From Mobula hypostoma (lineage: Eukaryota), in NCBI RefSeq assembly GCF_963921235.1, contig NC_086109.1:25918001-25982000 (forward strand): 64,000 nt of DNA. Direction: 5' to 3'. The notes beneath the pieces were generated by a model. That model ran no database searches. It was not told where the DNA came from and saw nothing but the letters and a program-made list of their open reading frames with translations. Each line of letters opens with the position of its first letter. Positions within the stretch are counted from its first letter, which is position 1. A program made the position numbers and the translations under genes. Shown piece by piece: positions 12,596-23,820 of the stretch.

Positions 12596-14570
12596 GAGGC
12601 AACAAACCATCCTGGATTCTCTGTCACGACCACAGAACCTCCTATCTGTACTTCTAACTATCGAGTCCCCTATCACTACCGCTCTCCTCTTTTTCCACCC
12701 TCCCTTCTGCACTGCAGAACCAATCTCAGTGCCAGAGATCTGGCTGCTGCAGCTTGTCTCAGGTAAGTCATCGGCCCCAACAGTATCCAATGCAGTATAC
12801 TTGTTGTTGAGGGGAATGGCCACGGGGAACCCTGCTCTGCCTGCCCTTTCCTCTTCCCTCACCTGACAGTGACCCAATTTCCTGTCCTCTGCTATTTATA
12901 TCATATATTGAATAGATTTTAAAAAAGTGAAAAATCAGAAATACTGTATATTAAAAAAAGTGAGGTAGTGTCCAAGTGTTCAATGTCCATTTAGGAATCG
13001 GATGGCAGAGGGGAAGAAGCTGTTCCTGATTCACCGAGTGTGTGCCTTCAGGCTTCTGTACTTCCTACCTGATGGTAACAGTGACACATGCCCTGGGTTC
13101 TGGAGGTTCTTAATAATGGACGCTGCCTCTCTGAGACACCGCTCCCTGAAGATGTCCTGGATACTTTGTAGGCTAGTACCCAAGACAGAGCTGTCTAGAT
13201 TTACAACCCTCTACGGCTTCTTTCAGTCCTGTGCAGTAGCTCCCTCCAACCCCCCCCCCCCCGCCCCCATAGCAGACAGTGATGCAGCCTGACAGAATGC
13301 TCTCCACGGTACATCTATAGAAGTTTTTGAGTGTATTGGTTGAGATACCAAATCACTTCAAACTCCTAATGAAGGATAGCCACTGTCTTGCCTTCTTTAT
13401 AACTGCATCAATATGTTGGGACCAGGTTAGATTCTCAGAGTTCTTGACACCCAGGAACTTGAAACTGCTCACTTCTGATCCCTCTATAAGGATTGGTATG
13501 TATTCCTTCACCTTACCCTTCCTGAAGTCCACAATCAGCTTTTTCGTCTTACTGACTTTGAGTGCCAGGTTATATCTGCAGCACCACTCCACTAGTTGGT
13601 ATACCTCACTCCTGTACGTCCTCTCGTCACCACCTGAGATTCTACCAACAATGGTTGGATTGTCAGCAAATTAATAGATGGTATTTGAGCTATGCCTAGC
13701 CCCACAGTCATGTGTATATAGAGAGTAGATCATGGGCTAAGCACACACCCCTGAGGTGCACCAGTGCTGATTATCAACAAGGAGGATATGTTATCACCAA
13801 TCTGCACAGATTGTGGTCTTCCGGTTAGGAAGTCGAAGACCCAATTACAGAGGGAGGCACAGAGGCCCAGGTTCTGCAACTTCTCAAACAGAACTGTGGG
13901 AATGATGGTATTAAATGCTGAGCTATAGTCAATGATTAGCATCCTGTCATAGGTGTTTGTATTGTCCAGGTGGTCTAAAGCCATGTGGAGAGCCATAGAG
14001 ATTGCATCTGCTGTTGACCTATTGTGGCAAAAGGCAAATTGCAGTGGGTCCAGGTCCTTGCTGAGGCAGGACGTGGTTGTTGGAACTAGGTAGACGACCA
14101 GGCTGGCATGGATTAGATGGATCAAAGGGCCTGGTTCTGTACTATAGTGCTCCATGACTCCATTTTCCTTCTTTCAGTGTCAAAAGTTGCTGAACACCTG
14201 ACAAAACAGAACGGCAGTTTGCCAAATCTATCAGGCTAGAAAAGTGACATGGCACTAGTCCCAACACTGAAGTTTTTCATAATTTAATCATGGGTCCCAA
14301 AGTTCACTTGCTTGCATTATCAAAAGTAAGTCAAATTAGTGCTTGATAAGATCTGAAAACATTTACAATTTCACTATGAGATTCCTGCCATATGTTTTTG
14401 TGGGAATTTGTTTTTAAACAGCAGGTGGAAAACAGCAGGTCCTTAACTGGGCATTTTACTATGTCAACCGGGTAGATCATTAATAAATCTTAACATCATT
14501 CATTGAACATTCACACCAACACATACAGTGTATCCCTGAAGCATATGATGTGGTTTAAGAAACACTGCCT

Positions 14571-14762
14571 GCAACACACATAAAATGCTGGAGGAACTTA
14601 GCAGGCCAGGCAGCATCTATGGAAAAGATTACAGTCGACATTTCAAGTCCTGAAACATCGACTGTTTACTCTTTTCCATAGATGCTGCCTGATCTGCTGA
14701 GTTTCTCCAGCATTTTGTGTGTGTTGCTTGGATTTCTAGCATCTGCAGATTTTCTCTTGTTT
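14571..14762. mobile_element. Older short Penelope-derived hairpin element
   Basis: Imperfect arms ~14571-14645 and ~14651-14727, then tail ...CTAGCATCTGCAGATTTTCTCTTGTTT; decayed TSD AAGAAACACTGCCTG / AAGAAACGCTCCCTG (14557-14571, 14766-14780). Confidence 0.7.
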
Positions 14763-16084
14763 GTGAAGAAACGCTCCCTGTCTGAATTCAGCAGTTATCT
14801 TACTACATGACATCATCATAACACTAACGCTCTTCTTTAGGGATATTATTTCTTACCAATTTTTTTGGAAATTAAACTTGATTTTGAAATGAACAAGAAT
14901 GGGGCTACTGCAGAGAGAAACTACCTCTGTGATCTGTATTCTATAAATAGAAATAGTGGTTTGGTAATAGTCTGCTCACATCACCAAATATCTAATACGC
15001 AATTGATTTGAAATGTTTTCCTTTCCTCAGATGCTGTGTGACCCGCTGGATATTGCTGTCAATTTCTGTTTTATATTTGTGGCTAGAAACTGTATTACAT
15101 TGTATAAACTTTGCTTCAGCACCTTCTAAACATAAGTTGATTAGGTCCAGAATAAATCACACCAGCGATTTATTCCCTGTATAAGGTAGACAAAGCACTT
15201 TCTGTCACAATCTACATTGCTCTCTCCAATGTTTTGTAGCATCAGGTACTTCAATTATGTTATATGGCATACAGTACATGCCAGCTTGTAACATATCTGG
15301 TCTGAAAATAATTGCAGAATAATGTTAGTAAGGATACGACATTAGAACTTGGGGTTTAGTGAGGCAGATGCCTCTGGAAGGTTAATTAATCTCTGAGGCT
15401 GGTGGTTCATAAATGCACAACTGCAAAGACTGTATAGCTTCCTTTCCTTCAGGAAGCCTGCACGCTATTGATATCTGGCTGCCATGGAGATTGTGCCTTT
15501 AAGGCTGACAGCCTTTTCTGAGATTTCCTCAGAAAATTGACAGAATTTGCAGGACAATGACACCACTTCTGTCTGTCTCCACGTAATTTGTGATTCAACA
15601 CAACTATAGATGAGCCAGTTGCCTTGATGGTGTTGAAGCAATGTTTCAAATTGTGTGGTTTTTGTGCACCAAAATAAAGATGTAATCTAGCTTCTATCTA
15701 CAGGTAGTTAATACTGAAAGGTGTCAGTGAAGAGATAAATGCTCTACCCTGAGCATACGCACTCTTAATTATACATGAAAATGCACAAAGATAACATTAC
15801 CTGTAATCAACCGAAATAGAAATGCATTCCAGTATTCTACCCTTCAATGTGGCAAATCCTCTAAAAATTAAAAAAAAAGGATAGAAACCATCAGAACTTT
15901 GAAAGATGAAGGTGGAGAACTGATTGAATGATGACGAAGTATTGGTAGGCTTTGTACAGAATCTCCTTGAATACAGCAGTTACAAAAACTCTACATGACA
16001 CACATCTATAAAAAATGTATCACATACCACCTGTAGAATTACAATTCTTTAAATAAAAGAGGCTGTTCTACTTTTCTAATTTTA

Positions 16085-16661
16085 GAACACAGAATAATAT
16101 AACACAGGACCTGGCCCTCTTGCCCATAATGTCTGCGCCAAACGCAATGCAAAGTTAAACTAAAAGTCTTCTTTCTGTACTTGATCTGAGAAATGGATCT
16201 GTCTGTCCCTATGGATGCTGTTCACATTTTTATCAAGTTCTTTCAGGTCTCCTTTCAGCCTTAGATGCTCCAGAGAAAACAACCCAAGTTTGCCCAACTT
16301 CTTTTTTTGCCTCTAATCTAGCAGTATCCTGGTAAGAATCTATTGCACCCTTTCCTAAACATGCACATTCTTCGTGTGGTGGAACAACCAGAGTTACACA
16401 CAACACTCCAAGTGCAGCCAAACTAAAGTTTTAAGCAGCCACAACATGACTTCTCTACTCTAATCCTTAATGCCCCAACCAGTGAAGGCAAGCATACCAA
16501 ATGCCTTCTCTACCACTCTATCTACAAGGATGACAGCTTTCATGGGGCTACGGACTTGAACCCAAAGATCCCTCTGTTCATTACTGATATTAAGAGTCCT
16601 GCAATTAACTCCATTTGACCTCCTGAAGTACGACACCTCACACTTGCTTGGATTAAACTCC
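16085..16661 (-). mobile_element. Old CR1 3' fragment
   Basis: MEFNPSKCEV...VDRVVEKAFGMLAF; CR1-like 3' tail near 16085. Confidence 0.7.
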
Positions 16662-17654
16662 AAAAGATTTTATGAACAAAATCTTTCGAAAGAAAGCAGA
16701 ATCAAAAATATATTTCAATCCTCTATTTAATTGTAGCAAAAGAAGAGATGTTTGAAATTTACTTGTTAAGAATAAGTAATATATAAATTATATTATATTA
16801 CATGCAATTTAATGATAAAAGTAGTATAAATGTTAGATCAATTTTCTCTTTCCTCAGATGAACTAACTTATCATATAATATAAGAAAATGGTAACTTTTG
16901 CTATGTAGTATAGATCATTTGGGCTCACCTTGATTTGAAATTAATACACAATAACTACAGATGTGGGATATCAGAACCAAAAGTAGAAAGTACTGGAAAC
17001 TCTCTATAGGACAGTCTCCATGGGTGGGGTAAATCAATGTCTCAGGTCATGAACTCTTCATCAGATGAAATGTAGATTCTTTGCTGTTACCTGACCAGCT
17101 GAATGCTTCCAGCATTTCCTCTTGCTGTGACTGCATTATTGACTGGCAACTCATATCAGAATGTAACATTGGCTGCATATACTTGATTAGTATTGTAACT
17201 AGCATAGCTTTAAAAGACCTGAATACCTACTTGAGGAACAACGAAACAAGAAGTCCATAAGTAACTGATATCATATTCTTTTCAAAAATATACAAACTAG
17301 AAATCAAACCACTAAATCTGAAATTGGAGTTTCTTTTACAATGTGGCAGACAAGTAGATAGAAAAGAATGGGTAATTTGTTTAACTAGAGTGAGAGTCTG
17401 AAACTTATTTCACAATTTTTATTTTGGGTTTAAAACAGCATAATGATTCACTCTCATAAAGTTTAAAGCCACAATGAACAAAATTTTCATTTCTGGGGCA
17501 AGTAGAAATGTGGTCGGGTAAAGTCACACTGAAGCTGACGATGTCATTCTCAGTGTGGTGTTCTTTATGCAGGTTCTTGCTGTTCTCAACATGTAACACA
17601 TCATCCGCAATTCTTTCACGCAGTGCTTAAAGGGACATACCATAACACAATTCC

Positions 17655-19133
17655 GGAGGATTGGAGGGTTGCAGATGTTGTTCCCTTATTCAAGAAAGGG
17701 AGTAGGGATTGCCCAGGAAATTATAGGCCCAGTGAGTCTTACTTCAGTTGATGGAGAAGGTCCTGAGAGGCAGGATTTATGAACACTTGGAGAGGCATAA
17801 TATGATTAGGAATAGTCAGCATGGCTTTGTCAAAGGCAGGTCGTGCCTTACGAGCCTGATTGAATTTTTTGAGGATGTGACTAAAAACATTTATGAAGGT
17901 AGAGCCGTAGATGTAGTGCATATGGATTTCAGCAAGGCATTTGATAAGGTACCCCATGCAAGGCTTATTGAGAAAGTAAGGAGGCATGGGATCCAAGGGG
18001 ACATTGCTTTATAGATCCAGAATTGGCTTGCCCACAGAAGGCAAAGAGTGGTTGCAAACGGGTCATGTTCTGCATAGGGCTGGTGACCAGTTGTGTGCCT
18101 CAGGCCTCTGTCTGGGACCCCTACTCTTTATGATTTTTATAACTGACCTGGATGATGAAGTGGAGGGATGGGTTAGTAAATTTGCTGATGACACAGAGGT
18201 TGGGGATGTTGTGGATAGTGTGGAGGGCTGTCAGAGGTTACAGCAGGACTTTGATAGGATGCCAGACTGGTCTGAGAAGTGGCAGATGGAGTTCAACCCA
18301 GATAAGAGTGAAGTGGTTCATTTTAGTAGGTCAAATATGATGGCAGAATATAGCATTAGTGGAAAGACTCTTGGCAATGTGTAGGATCAGAGGGATCTTG
18401 GGGTGCGAGTCCACAGGACACTCAAAGCTACTACGCAGGTTGACTCTGTGATTAAGAAGGCATACGGTGTACTGACCTTCATCAATAGTGGGATTGAGTT
18501 TAAGAGCTGACAGGTAATGTTGCAGCTGTATAGACCCCACTTGGAGTACTGTGCTCAATTCTGGTTGCCTCACTACAGGAAGGACGTGGAAACCATAGAA
18601 AGGGTGCAGAGGAGATTTACAAGGATGTTACACGCATCAAAGTTGCTGGTGAATGCAGCAGGCCAGGCAGCATCTCTAGGAAGAGGTGCAGTCGACGTTT
18701 CAGGCCGAGACCCTTCGTCAGGACTAACTGAAGGAAGAGTGAGTAAGGGATTTGAAAGTTGGAGGGGGAGGGGGAGATCCAAAATGATAGGAGAAGACAG
18801 GAGGGGAGGGATAGAGCCAAGAGCTGGACAGGTGATAGGCAAAAGGGGATACGAGAGGATCATGGGACAGGAGGTCCGGGAAGAAAGACAAGGGGTGGGG
18901 GGGGACCCAGAGGATAGGCAAGAGGTATATTCAGAGGGACAGAGGGAGAAAAAGGAGAGTGAGAGAAAGAATGTGTGCATAAAAATGGATGGCTGCATAG
19001 AGCTTAGAAAAATAGAGGGCTATGGGTAAAGACTAGCTAGTTCTAAGATAGGAACATGTTCGGCACAGCTTTGTGGGCCAAAGGGCCTGTATTGTGCTGT
19101 AGGTTTTCTATGTTTCTATGTTTCTATGTTTCT
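17655..19133 (+). mobile_element. 5'-truncated CR1 LINE with a Penelope fragment replacing part of its C-terminus
   Basis: QHGFVKGRSC, DFSKAFD, FADD, ERVQRRFTRML; (TTTCTATG)n tail ~19105-19133. Confidence 0.88.
18630..18987 (-). mobile_element. Penelope 3'-repeat fragment with intact hammerhead motif (18690-18725, -)
   Basis: Nearly identical to reverse complement of ~21712-22070. Confidence 0.88.
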
Positions 19134-20109
19134 AATTAACTCCTTATCAGTTATTGTGGAGTATAGCTACAGACTGAATGGATAATCTTTGATGAGAAGA
19201 GGTTACGAAGAGGGGTAAGGGATCTGTACAAGCTGTAAATCTTATCAATAATGGAATCACATTTCTCAAAGTGTCTCAAGACACTCAGAAACTTGAGCAT
19301 TACTCTCCTCCAACTTAAGCAATTATCAACTTTTTTTTATTGCTGAAGGTTATGTCACTGAATGGATGAACTTCTAACTTGAAGAATTTTTGTTCTTGCT
19401 CTCCTCAATAAATACTTTCTTCAGCAATTACTACAAATGAGATTGGGCTAGATTGGGTACTGCTCCCATCAGAAGCAATGCATTTAGGCTTTTGTTCTAC
19501 TTGCAGAATTATTCTGCAGTTTGAACAATATTCTTAACAATAAGACGCAGCGCACGCAGCTCTCCGGTGAAGTGATATCATCTCTGTTAAATAGAGGCCG
19601 TGGACAATTCTGATTTGATGGAGACAGACGTGAAAGCACAGAGGAACATCTGGAGAAATTTCTGAAACGCAGGTTCGCTGCCGCTGTTACTGGGTGATCG
19701 AGAATCTTCTGGAGGGAAGGCCTCAAAATCCCCGGCTTTGCCTGCTGCTGGCAACCGAGGTTGAGGTCGAATCATTCAGATAGAGATGGTGCTCGGTACT
19801 CGGTGTCGGAGGGCTGATCGGAGGCTAGAAGTTTTCGAACGACTCAGAGTCGGACTGTGGTCGGGCATGGCAAGGAGAGTTTTCTTCTTTCTCCCGTCTG
19901 CGTGAGATGTGGGACATTCGAGAGACTTTGAACTTTTTTACTGTGCCGTGGCCTGTTCTTCATCAAGTTATGGTTTTGTTGCACTGTTGTAACTATATGT
20001 TATAATTATGTAAACAACAGGAATTCTGCAGATGCTGGAAATTCAAGCAACATACATCAAAGTTGCTGGTGAACGCAGCAGGCCAGGCAGCATCTATAGG
20101 AAGAGGCGC

Positions 20110-20145
20110 AGTCGACGTTTCAGGCCGAGACCCTTCGTCAGGACT
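20110..20145 (-). ncRNA. Minimal hammerhead ribozyme motif
   Basis: Same 36-nt motif as 8866-8901, on the minus strand. Confidence 0.8.
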
Positions 20146-20848
20146 AACTGAAGGAAGAGTAAGGGATTTGAAAGCTGGAGGGGGAGGGGGAGATGCAAAA
20201 TGATAGGAGAAAACAGGAGGGGGAGGGATAGAGCCAAGAGCTGGACAGGTGATAGGCAAAAGGGGATACGAGAGGATCATGGGACAGGAGGTCCGGGAAG
20301 AAAGACAAGTGGGGGGGGTGACCCAGAGGATGGGCAAGAGGTATATTCAGAGGGACAGAGGGAGAAAAAGGAGAGTGAGAGAAAGAATGTGTGCATAAAA
20401 ATGAGTAACAGATGGGGTACGAGGGGGAGGTGGGGCCTTAGCGGAAGTTAGAGAAGTCGAAGTTCATGCCATCAGGTTGGAGGCTACCCAGACAGAATAT
20501 AAGGTGTTGTTCCTCCAACCTGAGTGTGGCTTCATCTTTACAGTAGAGGAGGCCGTGGATAGACATGTCAGAATGGGAATGGGATGTGGAATTAAAATGT
20601 GTGGCCACTGGGAGATCCTGCTTTCTCTGGCGGACAGAGCGTAGATGTTTAGCAAAGCGGTCTCCCAGTCTGCGTCGGGTCTCACCAATATATAAAAGGC
20701 CACATCGGGAGCACCGGACGCAGTATATCACCCCAGTCGACTCACAGGTGAAGTGATGCCTCACCTGGAAGGACTGTTTGGGGCCCTGAATGGTGGTAAG
20801 GGAGGAAGTGTAAGGGCATGTGTAGGGTAAGGGAGGAAGTGTAAGGGC

Positions 20849-21676
20849 ATGTGCGCCATCCCCTTCTCGCAATTCCTCCATCTCCGCCGCATCTGCTCTC
20901 AGGATGAGGCTTTTCATTCTAGGACGAGGGAGATGTCTTCATTTTTTAAAGAAAGGGGCTTCCCTTCCTCCACTATCAACTCTGCTCTTAAACGCATCTC
21001 CCCCATTTCACGTACATCTGCTCTCACTCCATCCTCCCACCACCCCACTAGGAATAGGGTTCCCCTAGTCCTCACCTACCACCCCACCAGCCTCCGGGTC
21101 CAACATATTATTCTCCGTAACTTCCGCCACCTCCAACGGGATCCCACCACTAAGCACATCTTTCCCTCCCCCTCTCTCTCTGCATTCCGCAGGGATCGCT
21201 CCCTACATAACTCCCTTGTCCATTCGTCCCCCCCATCCCTCCCCACTGATCTCCCTCCTGGCACTTATCCGTGTAAGTGGAACAAGTGCTACACATGCCC
21301 TTACACTTCCTCCCTTACCACCATTCAGGGCCCCAAACAGTCCTTCCAGGTGAGGCATCACTTCACCTGTGAGTCGACTGGGGTGATATACTGCGTCCGG
21401 TGCTCTCGATGTGGCCTTTTATATATTGGTGAGACCCGACGCAGACTGGGAGACCGCTTTGCTGAACATCTACGCTCTGTCCGCCAGAGAAAGCAGGATC
21501 TCCCAGTGGCCACACATTTTAATTCCACATCCCATTCCCATTCTGACATGTCTATCCATGGCCTCCTCTACTGTAAAGATGAAGCCACACTCAGGTTGGA
21601 GGAACAACACCTTATATTCCGTCTGGGTAGCCTCCAACCTGATGGCACGAACATCGACTTCTCTAACTTCCGCTAA
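20849..21676 (+). CDS. 5'-truncated Penelope ORF: RT C-terminal region, Cys-rich linker, GIY-YIG endonuclease
   Basis: AIPFSQFLHLRRICS (PLE RT C-terminus), PCKWNKCYTC linker (Neptune-like), VIY...YIGET, R..EH, HF, E...I, GxN motifs; open for 275 codons; the ATG is created by the inversion junction. Confidence 0.88.
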   Translation: MCAIPFSQFLHLRRICSQDEAFHSRTREMSSFFKERGFPSSTINSALKRISPISRTSALTPSSHHPTRNRVPLVLTYHPTSLRVQHIILRNFRHLQRDPTTKHIFPSPSLSAFRRDRSLHNSLVHSSPPSLPTDLPPGTYPCKWNKCYTCPYTSSLTTIQGPKQSFQVRHHFTCESTGVIYCVRCSRCGLLYIGETRRRLGDRFAEHLRSVRQRKQDLPVATHFNSTSHSHSDMSIHGLLYCKDEATLRLEEQHLIFRLGSLQPDGTNIDFSNFR

Positions 21677-21974
21677 GGCCCCACCTCCCCCTCGTACCCC
21701 ATCTGTTACTCATTTTTATGCACACATTCTTTCTCTCACTCTCCTTTTTCTCCCTCTGTCCCTCTGAATATACCTCTTGCCCATCCTCTGGGTCCACCCC
21801 CCCCCACTTGTCTTTCTTCCCAGACCTCCTGTCCCATGATCCTCTCGTATCCCCTTTTGCCTATCACCTGTCCAGCTCTCGGCTCCATCCCTCCCCCTCC
21901 TGTCTTCTCCTATCATTTTGCATCTCCCCCTCCCCCTCCAGCTTTCAAATCCCTTACTCACTCTTCCTTCAGTT

Positions 21975-22010
21975 AGTCCTGATGAAGGGTCTCGGCCTGA
22001 AACGTCGACT
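21975..22010 (+). ncRNA. Minimal hammerhead ribozyme motif (CTGATGA core)
   Basis: AGTC-CTGATGA-AGG(GTCTCGG)CCT-GAAAC-GTC-GACT, ~300 nt downstream of the PLE stop codon. Confidence 0.8.
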
Positions 22011-23334
22011 GCGCCTCTTCCTATAGATGCTGCTTGGCCTGCTGCGTTCACCAGCAACTTTGATGTATGTTGTTATAATTATGTGTTTTTTGTTAGTTTT
22101 TCAGTCTTGGTCTGTCCGGTCTTTCTGTGATATCACACCGGGGAAATATCGTATCATTTCTTAATGCATGCATTACTAAATGACAATAAAAGAGGACTGC
22201 ATGTCCTCATAATCTAATGATAATAATCTAATATCCAGTCAGAATTATACAAGACCTATACCTTGTTATACAAATTGAAGCTAATCCTTTTTTGGTGTGT
22301 TGAACATGCACTGTGGCCATTGCAGCCTCCCAAAACAATCGCAAAATTGATTCAAAATACTTTAGATGTAGCATTATGACATATAATACACTGATTTAGC
22401 AATTTGAGACCATTATCAAGAGTTCAATGTAATATTCCTGAAGTTCATGAAATACGTTGAAACTTGTTCAGGATCTCGTAGCTCATGTAGCTTGATCGTC
22501 ACCACGGACAGACTATTCTTCTCTTTTGTGTGATCAGTCATTATTGCAGGCAAGCTCAAAAGTTTCATGGAACTTGAAACATGACTGTGAAAGTACAGTA
22601 ACTTCTGGCAAGAAACAGCTATTATTAGACCACGAAGGAAGACATGGGTACATTTTATTCAGGTTTTCATAAGTTTTCTAATAAGAACTGACTTTGGTAT
22701 TTCACTCTCTGAGAAATAGCTATAATGTAGGGCAATCAAATACACTTGAGAGAAGAATATTTTTAAACTGTGGGTGCTAAACATTCGTTGCAACCTTTGA
22801 AGTACAAAAACACATTTTCAATCATGAGGCATCTGCAAAAAATAATTTTCCATAAATTTATATTGAATGTTATGAAATGAAATGTGTGGTGACATGGGTT
22901 CTCTTGTAGCCAAAAATTTGACATTGACTGGTTGCAGAAACTTTGGCTCCAATTGAGCAAAAAGATAAAAGTTGACAAAGTCAGCAATGAAGACAGTGAA
23001 AAGAATGTGAGAATGCTGGTGTGTACACAAATATTGAAGTATTAGCATACTATTTTTTGGCAATGGGAATAGAACTGCTGGGAAACAAAAGAACTGTGGG
23101 TACTGGAAATCTGGGGAAAAAACAGTAAATGTTGGAAAAACTCAACTCTATGAAAACTCATTTATTTAATGGTCTTTTCACCTTGGAGCTGGATGGAGGT
23201 CATTTCATTGTCTACAGTCTTTTTCTTCATAACTATACTTTCTCACCCTGAAATCATCCTGGTAAATCTAATAATGCAACTTCCATAACTTGGCAGAGTG
23301 TTCAAAACAGCAAATCATTATTTAATCAATAGTA

Positions 23335-23415
23335 CAAGGGTTCCCAAACTTTTTGATGCCATGGACCCCTACCATTATCTGAGGGGTTCATGGACCCCCA
23401 GGTTGGGAACTCTTC
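23335..23415. mobile_element. Short hAT-like MITE
   Basis: CAAGGGTTCCCAAAC ... GGTTGGGAACTCTT imperfect TIRs, ~80 bp. Confidence 0.5.
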
Positions 23416-23677
23416 CAGTAGTATTATTAATTCTTTAAACTTGTATTCCATTTTATTACATAATAAACCCTGAATGTTACTTTTTTGCTTGGTTTTATCT
23501 ATCTTTACAGGAAATTAAGTAAAGAGCAGAAGAGTTGGTGCAGTTTCAACCCTGACCTTTGATGTGAAGTTTGTATGTTCATCTTGAGACCGTGTGGATT
23601 TACCTCAGATGCACTGGCTTTCCCTCACATCTCAAAAGATATGGTGATTGTTTAGTGAACTGGCTTTAGCAGGTTAC

Positions 23678-23820
23678 CTGAGAGAACACTGGAGAACAGC
23701 TCCGAGAGAACACTGGAGAGCAGCACGAAGTGAAGATGGGAGCTCAGTACTGAGAAAACACTGGAGAGCAGCATGAAAGACGGTGGAGCTTAGTACTGAG
23801 AGAACACTGGAGAACAGAAC
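23678..23820 (+). repeat. Imperfect tandem repeat (CTGAGAGAACACTGGAGA(A/G)CAG x4) inside a SINE
   Basis: Four copies with 0 to ~25-nt related spacers. Confidence 0.75.

Larger units (their letters stand above)
8004..12890 (-). mobile_element. Near-full-length CR1 LINE (ORF1 with SGNH esterase-like domain; ORF2 APE + RT), disrupted
   Basis: ORF1 VVIGDSIVR, VHIGTNDI; APE YFNARSI, ISETWL, YYRPPN, SDHN; RT QHGFLRGRSC, DFSKAFD, FADD; CR1 3' tail at ~8004; several stops/frameshifts; two Penelope insertions. Confidence 0.92.
7840..14070 (-). mobile_element. Rex1-type LINE (RT ~12893-14070; 3' tail ~7840-8003) split by a near-full-length CR1
   Basis: [58 protein letters not shown]; (GATTCT)n tail at ~7840-7860. 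Confidence 0.8.
5770..14160 (+). mobile_element. Old CR1 3' half broken into pieces (~5770-6205, ~6698-6820, ~7675-7840, ~14075-14160) by later insertions
   Basis: Collinear CR1 RT C-terminal and 3' UTR sequence resumes after each insert. Confidence 0.6.
20012..22070. mobile_element. Penelope-like retroelement, inverted (tail-out) structure with 14-bp TSD
   Basis: Left arm (-) 20012-~20853, right arm (+) ~20854-22070; ~780-bp inverted overlap (~20048-20825 vs ~21290-22072); TSD TGTTATAATTATGT at 19998-20011 and 22071-22084. Confidence 0.93.
19540..22230 (+). mobile_element. ~650-bp non-coding retroposon (LINE-tailed, SINE-like), split by the 2-kb Penelope insertion
   Basis: Homologous to reverse complement of 41596-42220; ends AATAAA...(AATCT)-like tail. 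Confidence 0.7.

Noticed and set aside
15800..16031. Minus-strand segment bounded by TACAG| and |GTAATG, resembling a spliced exon
   Set aside because: No clean open frame in the frames I translated; better explained as part of the decayed TLR-like region or chance
21716..22130. Recurrent ORFs LVNAAGQAAS... / PDEGSRPETST... as a small-protein family
   Set aside because: Sense and antisense translations of the non-coding Penelope 3' repeat
23678..23820. Repeat-spacer pattern resembling a CRISPR array
   Set aside because: Spacers are absent or related to each other, the context is eukaryotic and no cas genes are present; simple tandem duplication
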